Shown here: one piece after another, positions 1-11,694 of the stretch
Position numbering within the stretch: position 1 is the stretch's first letter
Layout of the letters: each line of letters opens with the position of its first letter
DNA from: Chiloscyllium plagiosum
Taxonomy: Eukaryota
Assembly (NCBI RefSeq): GCF_004010195.1
Contig: NC_057718.1
Location: 44,361,341-44,425,340, forward strand
DNA: 64,000 bases
Reading direction: 5' to 3'
Translations under genes and position numbers: made by a program
The notes under the pieces: model-generated
What the model was told of the DNA's origin: nothing
Databases searched by the model: none
What the model saw: only the letters and a program-made list of their open reading frames with translations

Positions 1-190
1 GGAGGCTGGTACAATTGCCACATTTAAGAGGCATTTGGATGGGTATATGAATAGGAAGGGTTTGGAGGGATATGGGCCGGGTGCTGGCAGGTGGGACTAG
101 ATTGGTTTGGGATATCTGGTCGGCATGGACAGGTTGGACCGAAGGGTCTGTTTCCATGCTGTACATCTCTATGACTCTATAACTCTATGA
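1..190 (+). mobile_element. CR1-clade LINE 3' end
   Basis: Typical 3' UTR ending in ctctatga-type tail repeats; same tail at 53290-53450 and after the gap at 38622. Confidence 0.85.
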
Positions 191-410
191 CTAGCACTTG
201 GTCCACATCCCTCCAAACCCTTCATATTCATGTACCCGTCCAGAAGCCTTGTAAATATTGTAACTGTACTCACATCCTCTGGCAGCTCATTCCATATACG
301 CTCCACCCTCTGTGTGAAAAAGACATCCCTCAGGTCCTTTTTCAATCTTTACCCTCTCACCTTAGATCTGTACCATCAAGTTTTGGACTCTTCCACCACA
401 GGAAAAAGAT
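191..410 (-). mobile_element. CR1 LINE 3' fragment, tail-to-tail with the previous copy
   Basis: Similar to the minus-strand CR1 3' ends at 7420-7650 and 59630-59860. Confidence 0.75.
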
Positions 411-572
411 TGGACAAATCAAATTGGCATAAGTAGCCTGCAAAAACGAGTTAATAGAATATATTAGCAACAATTTCTTTGAACAAAATCTTCTGGATCC
501 AACTAGGAAACTGGCTGTTTTAGACCTCATAATGTGTAAATGAGATAGGATTACTTAAAATGGCACAGTAAA

Positions 573-912
573 GGGTTGGCAAAGTGGCTCAGTGGTTAGC
601 ACTGCTGCCTCACAGCACTAGGGACTGGGTTTGATTCCAGCCTTGGGCGACTGTCTGTGTGGAGTTTGCACATTCTAACCGTGTCTGCGTGAGTTTCCTC
701 CCACACTCCAAAGATGTGCAGATTAGGTGGACTGATCATGCTAAATTGCCAGGGAGGATCTAGGGACGTGCAGGTTAGGTCAGTTAGCTATGGTAACGCT
801 GCGTTACACGGATAGGATGGGGGAAGCTGGATCTTAGTGGGATGCTCTTTGGACAGTCGGTACAGACACAAAAGAATAACCTCTTTCAACACCGTATGGA
901 TTCTGTGATTCT
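573..912 (+). mobile_element. tRNA-derived SINE (HE1-like)
   Basis: A-box TGGCTCAGTGGTTAGCACTGCTGCCTCACAG, degenerate B-box GGGTTTGATTCC, core GTGTGGAGTTTGCACATTCT...CCAAAGATGTGCAG, CR1-like tail. Confidence 0.85.
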
Positions 913-1928
913 GAAGGATCCTTTTGGTAAGAGTGATCTAAACTTCATAAAATTCCATGTTTACTTGGATGGGAAAAAGCTTAGATCTGAATCTAGTGTA
1001 TCAAACTTTAGGAAAGACAATTACAAAGATATAAAGGCAGAGTTTGCTAAAGTTGAGTGGGAAAATAGATTCAATAGTAAAACACTACAAAAGCAGTAAC
1101 AGACTTTTAAGCACATACTTCATAACATGGAACAAAGATATATTCTATTGAGAATGACAGACATTAGAAGGATGCACCACCTGTGGATATCTAAGGAAGT
1201 TAAGATGATATCAAATCTTAATAGGAAATGAACTATGCAGCAAAAATTAGTGATATCGCCCAGAAAATTTAAAAAAGAACAAGAAACCAACAAAAGGCAT
1301 TTAAAGGCTGGGGAAATTTGACTGAGAGAAAAATTGGCATGATGCATAAAACAAACTGTAATAAGTATGCAAATATTTCTATAACTACATAAAAGGAAGA
1401 TAGTAGCTAAAGTAGGTATTAGTCCCTTAGAGGATGTGACTCAGGAATTAGTCATGGGAAATGAGAAAATAACGGATTTTGAACAAGTAATTTGTATCTG
1501 TCTTCACAGTAGAAGGCACAAAAGGCATTTGAAGAATAGTGAGAAATCAAGAGATAAAAGACAGGGAGGAATTTAAAACAGCCACAGTCACCAGAGAAAC
1601 ATACTAGGGAAATTCTTAAGACTAAGGGTGATCAGCACTCTGGACTTGAAGGCCTAGATTACTGTGGTACTTGAAAGAGGGATATGTTTGCATTGAATGT
1701 AGTTCAGAAATGGTTCATTAGGCTGATTCCAAGAATGAAGATGTTGCCTTGTAAGGAAATGTTGAGCAGGTTGGACCCGTTCTCATTGGAGTTTAGCAGG
1801 AGAGGTGACCTTATTGAAAGATATAAGATTCTGATGAGGCTTAACAGGGTAGATGCTGTTTCCTTTCAGGGGTTGTCTAGAACAGGAAGGTATAGTTTAG
1901 AATCATTTAAGATGTATATACTTGCACT

Positions 1929-2258
1929 GGGTGGCACGGTGGCTCAGTGGTTAGCACTGCTGCCTCACAGTACCAGGGATCTGGGTTTGATTCCAGCCTC
2001 GAGCGACTGGCTGTGTGGAGTTTGCACATTCTCCCTATGACTGCATGGGTTTCCTCTGGGTCCTCTGGTTTCTTCCCACAGTCCAAAGATGTGCAGGTCA
2101 GGTGGATTGGCAATGTTAAAATTGCCTATAGTGTTCAGAGATGTGTAGGTTAGGTGCATTATTTAGGGGAATGGGTCTGGCTGGATTACTCTTTGGAGGG
2201 TCGGTGTGGACTTGTTGGGCCAAATTGTCTCTTTCTACACTGTGTAGATCCCATGATA
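1929..2258 (+). mobile_element. tRNA-derived SINE (HE1-like)
   Basis: GGGTGGCACGGTGGCTCAGTGGTTAGCACTGCTGCCTCACAG head and the same core and tail. Confidence 0.9.
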
Positions 2259-2894
2259 TTGTGAAATTTCTTGTCTCAAAGGGTTTTTAAGTGTTTGGAA
2301 TAGTCTTTTTCAGACAGCAACAGAGGTTGAGCCATTGAATATAGTTAGACAGATTGTTGAGCTAGAACTGAAAGAAGAGTTATGCAGGACAGGCAAGAAA
2401 GTGGAGTTAAGGCCATGATCAGATCAGCCTATGATCTTATTGAATGGCTTATTCCTGCCTCTATTTCTAATCTTATGGCCTAAGTAAGCACCATGAGGCC
2501 TCTTGCATGTAATATCATTAAGATAAATGAAGCAAAGATCTTCTTGCTTTATTCCTTTCCCAAGTTTAAAAAAAAGTACTGATTCCTTTCATAAAGGCAT
2601 GTTTCCTTCCAAGTGCATATTTCACGATAATGGAGTAATTGATCTGGTTTCAGACATGCTTCAAGTCTTTGTTGTTTTTTGTTTCTCCAAATCTGGTAAA
2701 TTTACCTCCCTCACACAAAATGCACTGACATCGCACCACCTAACCCCCAGACCAGATAGGGAGAACAAGCTCGGACACAATCTTATTATTCAGGCATGTT
2801 GGGGAAATATATTGTGAGAAATTGTTTTAAAGTAGACCAGGATACTGTACCTGTATCGAATCCAATTTCATCGTCATGGATATGATCTGAGAGA

Positions 2895-3140
2895 TTGTGC
2901 TGTACGGGCTGGTGCTCAGGGGCAGCACATTGTCTTTCTTCACGACCAGCAGTACAGGCTACAAATCAGACCATGCCAGACTGGCCTAAGGTTGCCATCG
3001 AGATTGAAGCAGTCTCAGACATCTGGAGGAACGCACAGCACTGTATGAAGAAGGTGAATGTCCTTCTCCACTCTGCCAGCATAAATGCCACCAAAACCTC
3101 ACATTCACTTTCTACCGCTGCACCACTTCCCATCAAGTGA
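2895..3140 (+). mobile_element. Myb/SANT-like remnant, probably from a PIF/Harbinger transposon
   Basis: WPKVAIEIEAVSDIWRNAQHCMKKVNVLL fits the W..IA..vna....R...qC.KK.ndL pattern; no intact transposase seen. Confidence 0.5.
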
Positions 3141-4039
3141 CAAGTTTCATGGCTTTGTATCTGTCCTAAATGGCATAGCAAAACAGTGATAATATAACCT
3201 TGATACCTGTGGCAGAGAGCCAATGTGCCAACAGACATAGCAATGTAAGGCGGTAAAGTTGTGAGTACATAGCTAGGGTCAGAATGAGTGAGTGATATGA
3301 CACTGAGTGAAGAGCCCAGAGAAGCAGCCTGGTCGATGAGCTGGGTGCATGTCTCTGAGCGCACAGTGTCTTTCCTGAAGCCTAACAAAGATAACTGTCA
3401 GTATAGCCCAATGCACAAATTTGAAGTGCAGAAGCATCCTTTAAGTGGTTCAGAGATGTGTCATAAGGGTTCATAGAGGCTGGCATATGTCGATCACCAA
3501 TGTCAATGGACACAGAGTCTGTGTGGCTGGTGTCCATGAGGTGTGTCTGAGGTATTGGTTCTTGGTGTCCAACATGGAGCTCTTTTGGAGCAGTGACGGA
3601 TTTTCCAGTTAAGATCACTTCTGGTTCCACGTCAAGTTCTCCCAATAGCTAGTTTGTATGACAGGCTTGGGAAGATCACAATGAATAGCGAATTGGACTG
3701 TTAAACAAGGTGTTTCTCAAACAATAACGAGTATCAATTGGAAACTGATACTCAGTTGTCACTCCCTAGCGAGAATGTCGCCATGCTGCTTGGGAAAAGT
3801 GTACCAAGGTGGATAGAGATTATCTCGATGCCAAAGTGGGCTTCTCTAAATATTTTGCCCAATTCTGCTCCTCATTTTCCCATATCCTACATCGCTCAGA
3901 GCCTGTTAAGATTCAATTCCATATTTTATGAAGAAAGCATGACAGCATGGATAAAGGGCTAAATTCTGAGGACTGGTTGCATGCATTAGGCTGGTCACCC
4001 AAAAGTGGCAAATGGATGATCTATCCATTCTGTCCTCAT

Positions 4040-4780
4040 GTCACAGAAACCAGTCGGAAACAAATTTGATTCACTTTATGTGAGATGCAGAATGCAATGC
4101 GTAGAGAAAAGACTGTAAGTCACAATGTTTCAGCTGTATGCTGAAGACTTATGCCCCTGACTTAACCGTGCCTTTAGCTAAGCAGTTTCAGCACACCTGG
4201 TACACTGGAACTTACCATATGAATGAGAACTTTGCCAAGTTATATCCTGTCTACAAAAAAGTACGACAAATCCAACATGACCAAAGACCATCACATCAGT
4301 CAACCGCATCTGCCAGCAAAGTAAAGTAATTTTTTCACAATAGCACTTGCATAACAATTTTTTTTAGCTGATGCTCAGTTAGGGATCTGCTAGGATCACT
4401 CATCTCCACATCTCATTATAGCCTTGTTCCAAACTCGGGCACTCAAGTTGAATTCTGTGGTGAGATTAGAATGACTGCCTTTGATATTACGACAACATTT
4501 GGGCATAAATGAGCCCTTGATGGGAATCTATGGAAACTGGGTGGAGTCATATTTAGTACAAAGAAAAAGGGGTCTGATTTTGAAGGCTAATCATCCAAAT
4601 CCCAGGATGTTGTTGCAAGAGTTTCTGAGGGCAGTGCTGTTGGGCCAACCATCTTCAGCTGCTTCACCAGTGATCTTAGCTCCATCATAAGGTCAAAAGT
4701 AATGATGTTCTCTGTTTGTGTAACATGCAATTTCATTTGCAACAGCTCAGATAATGAAACTGTCCATGTCCGGCGATTAT
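4040..4780 (+). mobile_element. Decayed LINE RT fragment (second CR1/L2-group family)
   Basis: LKTYAPDLTVPLAKQFQHTWYTG...YPVYKK; related pieces at about 15900-16220, 22780-23240 and 39070-39130 (-). Confidence 0.65.
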
Positions 4781-7349
4781 ATCATCATCCCTCTCATTAC
4801 TTCCTTGTCAATATAAAGCTCAACTGCTTTGATCATCCCAATATTTAATTAAAGGAATTTTCACCTAATTCAGAACTGCATTGCAGAGCAAGCAGCCTTA
4901 CTACTCAGAGAGTGGAGGATTTGAGACATCTGGTGGAGAGGTTTAGCTGGGTGTTGATGAGTACACACAGAAATTGGTATCTTGTCTATGGATGATGTTG
5001 TCAGTATTATGACAATAGTGAAAATATAATACTGAACTGGAATCAGTGCCAAAAATAACATTTACAGACAGATAGCAAAGTGGGTGGAAAATTAATGGAT
5101 GGACTCTAATGTAGTCCTAAAATCTACTTAAAAGCCTGTGTAATTGTGAAAAATTTACTTTACCCTTTCTGCATACTAAGAAGAAAAGTTGAACATGATG
5201 ATAATTGCAGTGAAAATTTCTTTGTCACATAGAGTAGAAAACTGTTTGGCATTTGCTAGCAAGAGCACACTGTCAGCATCTGTGATCACATTGTTCAATG
5301 ATGTCAACCCCTGCTCCAAGGTGAAAACCTTTGCCCTTATCAGGGGTAACAAAAGCTATGCTTAAGAGTGGGTAAATCTTATAAGCTCTAAGAAGAGTCT
5401 TTGGTGTTTGTGACCAGCTTCAGAGATCCGGAAATTATTTTAACAATGTTGCCCAAACAACTATTAGTCCCAATGTTTTATTTCCACAAATATTATGTTC
5501 CTTCGTTTTTTTTCAGTAGTACTCTGTGTCATCACAGATTTCTTTATGAAGCAGGTACCAGCAAATAATTTGTGTTACCATGAGTTTCAGGCAATGCCTA
5601 TAACCAGTAGTTGCCCTGACCAGGACACTCAAAACAATTTGTTTCCATGCACTGTTCACCAACATGACATGCTTCTTATTTGTTAAAAGACAATTTATGG
5701 TTTGTTATGATGCAGTGTTACTTCCCTCAAGGTTACTGCAGTAGCAATCATTATACTCTAATATCAGCAGTTGAAGTCTGAGGCCATTATTGCACACAAG
5801 AGGTCACTTTTGAGCCCATGGTAAATAGTGTGATGATTCTGCAAGGATATTACATTTGCAATATGTTTTATTATATTTTGGCTAAGCCATCTGTCAGTAC
5901 ACAAAGAATTGCATTCAATCGGTATTAGTAGGACAAAAAGCAATAAATAGTGAAAGCATTTGACATCAGAAAGCAATAGCCAGTTGCTTCAGCTGTTCAA
6001 TTCCAGATGTGAATTAACTGGTGAAAGGTGTCTGCCTGCATCTTGAAAATGTGTGCTTGTCTGATAATTAGTGACATGAAATACCTCTGCTGCAAATCAT
6101 ACCCATATCTAGTTTTAAAGCATATTTTCAAACATTATTTCACTCATGTAGTTTGGTAAAGCAGTATTATGGAATTTTACAGCACAGAAACAGTGTGCTA
6201 CTTGAAGCAGGTGTCTTGTGTTGCTCAATTGTACAGGCCTCATTAAAGGGTCAAAGAATTTAGCAGGCCTCTTCGCCAGTTTTCTGATGGTTTGGTCTGT
6301 TATTGCATTGAACTATTAATATAAACTTGACCTAGGCAGCAATTCACATTCTATTTCAGTTAAATGTACTTTATATATATTGCATAGTAATTCATTTGAC
6401 TGTCACATTTTCTCTTTTTCTCACCAATTAGTCTCAATCATCACTCATAGAATAAACAGCACAAACTGAATTTTACTAAAAATGTAAATTTTAGTGAGTT
6501 TTCTGAAGGGTTTCTCTCCAGGAGCACTAGTGAGAATTGTCACTTCATTTTCCAAAGATCAGCTCCTTACCCACGCATCACATTGCTACAGTGCCCCACT
6601 CTTCTTCTCTCTCATGGGATTCATGGTACTTTTAAACAGCTATGCACCAGGTTAACCATTTCCAGTCAGGAAATGCCCTTCATTGTGCAAATAGTGTGAG
6701 GGGAACCAAAAACCAACAATCCTTGTGGCACTAACCTGGTATTGCTGACACTTAATAGCGATACAGATGCACATTTGTAAATGCCACTCATTGGTGAGAT
6801 TCTCGACTTGTCATTCAAAACTTCGTTAAAGGATTGGACTTTTATCTCTCAGTGTTGAGAATCTAACTTCTGTTGATCTCACATTATTTTCCCAACTGAT
6901 TCTCCAATGCACACAACGTTCAGGGACTGGAAAGATTCGGCTATTCTTTTCTAAGCTGCTAAGAGTGTATGCTTTTGTAAGATGGTTCTGTTTTAAACTG
7001 TCTTTTTCAGTTCAATGTAAAATGGAACATTCAAAACGGTGAGGTGATCTCCTATTAGTTCTGCTCAATGATTAATCATAAGCCAATGTGACCTGGTTGT
7101 CATCAGAAACTGTATACCTTGGTGAAGCCCTATTACCTACTTGAACATTTTAAAATTCAAACTTATCTTTCAAAGCTTTTGGTTCCTACAGAAATTATAA
7201 CAAACTCATGATCTTCAGAAAGCTAGAAAATAATACTTTTCAGAAGATGTTCAGAGAAACATCTGTCTGTTTTTAAGGCAAGAAGTATAGATCCATCACT
7301 GCTCTATCAGCTGGATTCAGAATTTCTGTGGGAATTATCGAGTAATTGA

Positions 7350-8330
7350 GATAAACAGCATAGATTCTGCAGTCCAACTCATCCGCACTGACCAGACATC
7401 TGAATCTGATCTACTCCCATTTGCCAGCATTTGGCCCATATCCCACTAAACCTTTCCCATTTATATACCCATCTAAATGCCTTTTAAATGTTGTAATTGT
7501 ATTTGCCTACACAACTTTCTCTGGTAGCTCATTCCATACATGCTGCACCTTCTGCATGAAAAGGTTACCCCTCAGGTCTATCTTAAATCTTTCCTCTCTC
7601 ACCTTAAATCTATACCCTCTGGTTTTGGACTCACCCACCCTAGGAAAAAGACCTTGGCCAGTCACCATATCCATGCCCTTCATGATTTTGTAAACCTCTG
7701 TAAGGTCACCCCTCAGTCTTTGATACTCCAGGAAAAAAAAAGCCCAACTTATTCAGCTTCTCCTTCTAACTCAAATCCTCCAGACCCAACAATAGCCTTA
7801 TAGATTTTTTTTCTGCACCCTCTCAAGTTTAACAATATCTTTCCTATAGCAGGGAGACCAGAATTGAATGTAGTATTCTTAAAGTGGCCTAAGAAATATC
7901 CTGTACAGCCACGACATGGCATCGCAACTTCTATACTCAATGTTTTGACCAATGAAAACAAGCATGCCAAACGTGTTCTTCACTACCCTGTCTACCTATG
8001 ACTCCACTTTCAAGGAACAACGCACCTGCACCCCTAGCTCTCTTTGTTCAGGAACACAGTCCAGGGCCCTACCGTTAAGTATATATGTCCCGCCCTGATT
8101 TGCTTTACCAAAATGCAACACCTCACATTTGTATAAATTAAATTCCATCTGCCATTCCTCGGCCCATTGACCCATCTGATCAAGGTTCTATTGTATTCTG
8201 ATATAATCTTATGCACTGCCCACTACACCACATATTCTGGTGTCATCTGCAAACTTACTAACCCTACCTCCTAAATTTATATCCAAATCATTTATATAAC
8301 TGATGAATAGCAGTGGACTCCACACCATCC
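7350..8330 (-). mobile_element. 5'-truncated CR1 LINE
   Basis: Minus strand runs from the FADD motif (tgtcatctgcaaactt at about 8240) to the 3' tail. Confidence 0.85.
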
Positions 8331-8894
8331 TTTGATCAAGTCAGTGGGATTGTGCCTTCATCTCGTTCTCCAAAAATAATTTTCAACATATTGGCAACAT
8401 GAGGTATGATAAATCCCTGCACATCCTGCAATTACATTGGTCTAAAATGACTTGAGATGTTATGACATTGAAAAGTGTCGCCTTTGTAAATTTGACTGTG
8501 AAAAATGTGCCCTCCATTCTTATGGGCGCACATAAGAATTACCAAGCAATATGTATTATGTGCAAATTGGTATGAATTAGAAGTACATGTGGAACAGTTT
8601 GTAGCAACAATCTTTGAACTATTCATGAAATATATGATGCTACTATCTGCTTGTCAGTTCCTTTTAAATGTGATATATTTTCTGCATCTGTTCCTAGGTC
8701 ACAAAGTAATTAATCAGATTACCATTGCTTCCCAGAAGCATACATTAGTTTCTTCTGGGAAGGGTGTGTTAATGTGCCAATTCAACAACCCTCCATGACT
8801 CACCTCGGTCTAACTGCATGCCCATTTAACTATCCATCAAAGAAATGTTATCATTCTTTGCTATTTGCCCACAGAACAACAAGAAACATAAAAA

Positions 8895-9640
8895 CAAAGT
8901 GCAATACCCAACTCCTTCTTAAAATCATATAATGTTTTGGCCTTGACTGCTTTCTGTATAGTGAATTCCACAGGCTCACCATTCCCTGGGTGCAGGGATT
9001 TCTCTTCTTCTCAATCCTAAATGGTCTGCCCTGCATCCTCACAAGTGACCTTTGGCTTTGAACTACCCTGCCATTAGGAACACGCTTCCTGCATTGACAC
9101 TGTCTAATCCTGTTAAAATTGTATAGGTTTTTATGAGATTTCGCCTCATTCTTCTCGACTTCAGGAAACATAATCCAAACTGATTCAACTTCTCATTATA
9201 CATCTGTCATTCCAGGATTCAGCCTGGTAAACCCTCACTGCACTACCCCTATATCTTTCCTCAGACAAGGAGGCCAAAACTGCACATGGCATTCTAGGTG
9301 TAGTCTCACCAAGGCACTGTACAATTGCAGTAAGATATCCTTGCTCCTGTACTTGAATCCCCTCACTTTGAAGGCCTGCATACCATTTACCGGCTTTACC
9401 ACCTGCATGCTTACCTTCAGCAACTGGTGTGCAAGGACACCCAGGTCTCTTTCCACTCTCTCAATTTATAGCATTCAGATAATAATCTACCTTCCTGTTT
9501 TTGCTACCAATGTGGGTACCTTCACATTATTTTACATCTGCAATGCATTTGCTCATTTGCTCTGCTATGGAAATATCTCAGCATCCTCCTCACAGCACAC
9601 CCTTCCACCTAGCTTTGCATCATTTGCAAATTTGGAGATG
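8895..9640 (-). mobile_element. 5'-truncated CR1 LINE
   Basis: ERDLGVL...FKYRSKDILLQLYSALVRLHLECHVQFWPP (CR1 ORF2 C-terminus). Confidence 0.85.
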
Positions 9641-10324
9641 AAATATTGGCATGTATTATAATTCTCGATGCATTGCAAATACATACAGGCAGATTCTTAC
9701 CTTAAGGGGCTGTCTTCCCTCAATCAAAGGTAACTTAAGTCTGTTTGAGGGATTGAGCTTTAAACAGAAGAATGCCAGATGAGAGCCAGATCCTTTTTGT
9801 TTTGTTTCTGACCCCCTTGTCCTTCCTCTCCATGATTTTCAATCACCAGGCAACATCACTGCCCTCTGTCCTAAGTGCCCCGTGATCCTGAGACCTCAAT
9901 GGTATCCTTCCACCAATCACCTCTGCCTTCTCTATGACACTGCTGAGCACAAGGAGTACAGGACTCTGATTGGCTGGCTCTCTCACTGGATGGGGGGACT
10001 TTTATCCTGGAGATTTGATTCCTAGGGAAGTCCCCCCCTACCAGCGACTTCACCACAGCCTGATAGGTAGGTAACTCAGCAAGCTTTCTTTATCAGTCTC
10101 TATCTATCAGGTGAGACCTTCAATACCTCAAAAGGATTTCGCCTATAGTCCCTGGTACAACTCATTTTCTCTCTATGAATGATTTTGAAAGCATCTAATC
10201 ATGTATATGATAGTCAATTGATATCCTGCACATGTGAATGCTAGTTTTTTAAAAATGCATTTTGTAAAGGACAATATGATATCAAAATATATAAACACAT
10301 GTTTTTTTTTTGACTGACTTACAG

Positions 10325-10563
10325 CTCTCTGAAGGAACATTAACATAGCAAACTATTTATGGACTGCAGCCTTTTACAAATTATTCTATTGGTTTAGAGG
10401 CATGCACTTGTTTTAACTGCTGTAGCAAAGGATCTGTGGCAAGGCTTCTTACTCAGCCATCAGTTCCTGTAAATCAGCCTGACCCATTGGCTCAGAATAT
10501 AACATCTATGAGCACTATTTTGAAATGGGATGCTCCACAGTCACCTAATGGTAACATTCAAAG
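10325..10563 (+). CDS. USH2A: USH2A exon (human exon 66 equivalent; FN3), with an in-frame TAG at 10346-10348
   Basis: ttacag|CTC...CAA AG|gtaag, 239 nt. Reads LSEGTLT*QTIYGLQPFTNYSIGLEACTCFNCCSKGSVARLLTQPSVP...WDAPQSPNGNIQ, matching recalled usherin LSEGLATQQTLYGLQAFTNYSIGVEACTCFNCCSKG. Not listed in the ORF track. Confidence 0.93.
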
Positions 10564-10754
10564 GTAAGAATTACACTAACTGCTTTAATTTAATGGTTTA
10601 GGAAACAGCTCTCACTAGAGTGCATCCAATATAATCTGAACATTTCTTAGAATTTCTTGTATGACACTGTTGAATAATTTAAATCCACACTTTGAGAAAG
10701 GCACAAATTATTTTAACTGTTGCTCCCTAAATGTAGCAAACTGAGGAAAACAAG

Positions 10755-11062
10755 ATTAGATTAGATGAGATTCCCTACAGTGTGGAAACATGCCCTTCGG
10801 CCCAACAAGTCCACGCCGACCCTCCGAACAGTAACCCACCCAGACCCCTACATTTACCCCTGACTAAGACACCTAATACTAAAGGCAATTTAGCATAGCC
10901 AATTCACCTGACCTGCACATCTTTGGATTGTGGGAGGAAACCCACGCAGACACTGGGAGAATGTGCAAACTCCACACAGTCAGTTGCCCGAGGTGGGAAA
11001 TTGAACCTGGGTCCCTGGCGCTGGAGGCAGCAGTGCTAACCACTGAGCCACCGTGCTGTCCC
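10755..11062 (-). mobile_element. tRNA-derived SINE (HE1-like)
   Basis: Reverse complement of the SINE at 1929, with a (TCTAA)n-type tail. Confidence 0.9.
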
Positions 11063-11476
11063 CTTTTATGGGAAAAAAAAGTACAAGTTGAGCTCTGTAA
11101 TATATCCCAGAATCCCCCCCACCCAGACTTTTCCAAAGTGATGAGTAAAGAGGAAAAAAACTCTTGTTTGTAGTCCTGAACTTTAAGAGTTTCATCATAG
11201 AAAATACTTATTAAATTAATACATTAATTTGGCATTTCTCAATCCAGAGTTTTAACAGAGATGTATTAAAATGGATGAGTGCATCCATTCAAATATTGGG
11301 GAAAATAATGTTATGTTGCATTAAGTATTATCTAATACTGTGAAAGATCAAATTTGAGATGTTTAAACATTTTTTCCACGTACTTTTAAAACTACAATAT
11401 ACAGGATGATTTTACTTTGTCAATATTTCAATATACTGATTTTCATTTAACTTATGGAACTTCTTTATTTTTCTAG

Positions 11477-11694
11477 TTATGAACTTCAGATGCTCACTGC
11501 CTGTCCTCAGCCAATGCAACCAATAACACAGTCTTTTATTGTTGAATCCATTAAAGTTGTATATACTGGAAAAGGTCAGAGCTTCAACTTGACAGACCTT
11601 CAGCTTCACACAAGTTATAATCTTAAAGTAATAAGCTACAGCTCAGTGGACAGTACAGCCTCCGAGTGGATTATCATTACCACAAAGAAAGAGA
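11477..11694 (+). CDS. USH2A: USH2A exon (exon 67 equivalent; FN3)
   Basis: ttctag|T TAT GAA CTT CAG...AAA GAG A|gtaagt, 218 nt. YELQMLTACPQP...YTGKGQSFNLTDLQLHTSYNLKVISYSSVDSTASEWIIITTKKE; phase fits both neighbours. Confidence 0.93.

Larger units (their letters stand above)
411..2480 (+). mobile_element. Old decayed CR1 ORF2 and 3' end, interrupted by two SINEs
   Basis: Remnants such as KDPFGKSDLNFIKF...NFRKDNY and QKWFIRLIPRMK...RGDLIERYKI; the LINE resumes after each SINE. Confidence 0.7.

Noticed and set aside
1929..2000. tRNA-like sequences (also 573, 10990, 17144, 47445, 50265)
   Set aside because: SINE heads followed by SINE bodies; no intact cloverleaf evident.
2966..3388. 140-aa minus-strand ORF
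   Set aside because: Overlaps the antisense strand of a probable transposon remnant; no domain.
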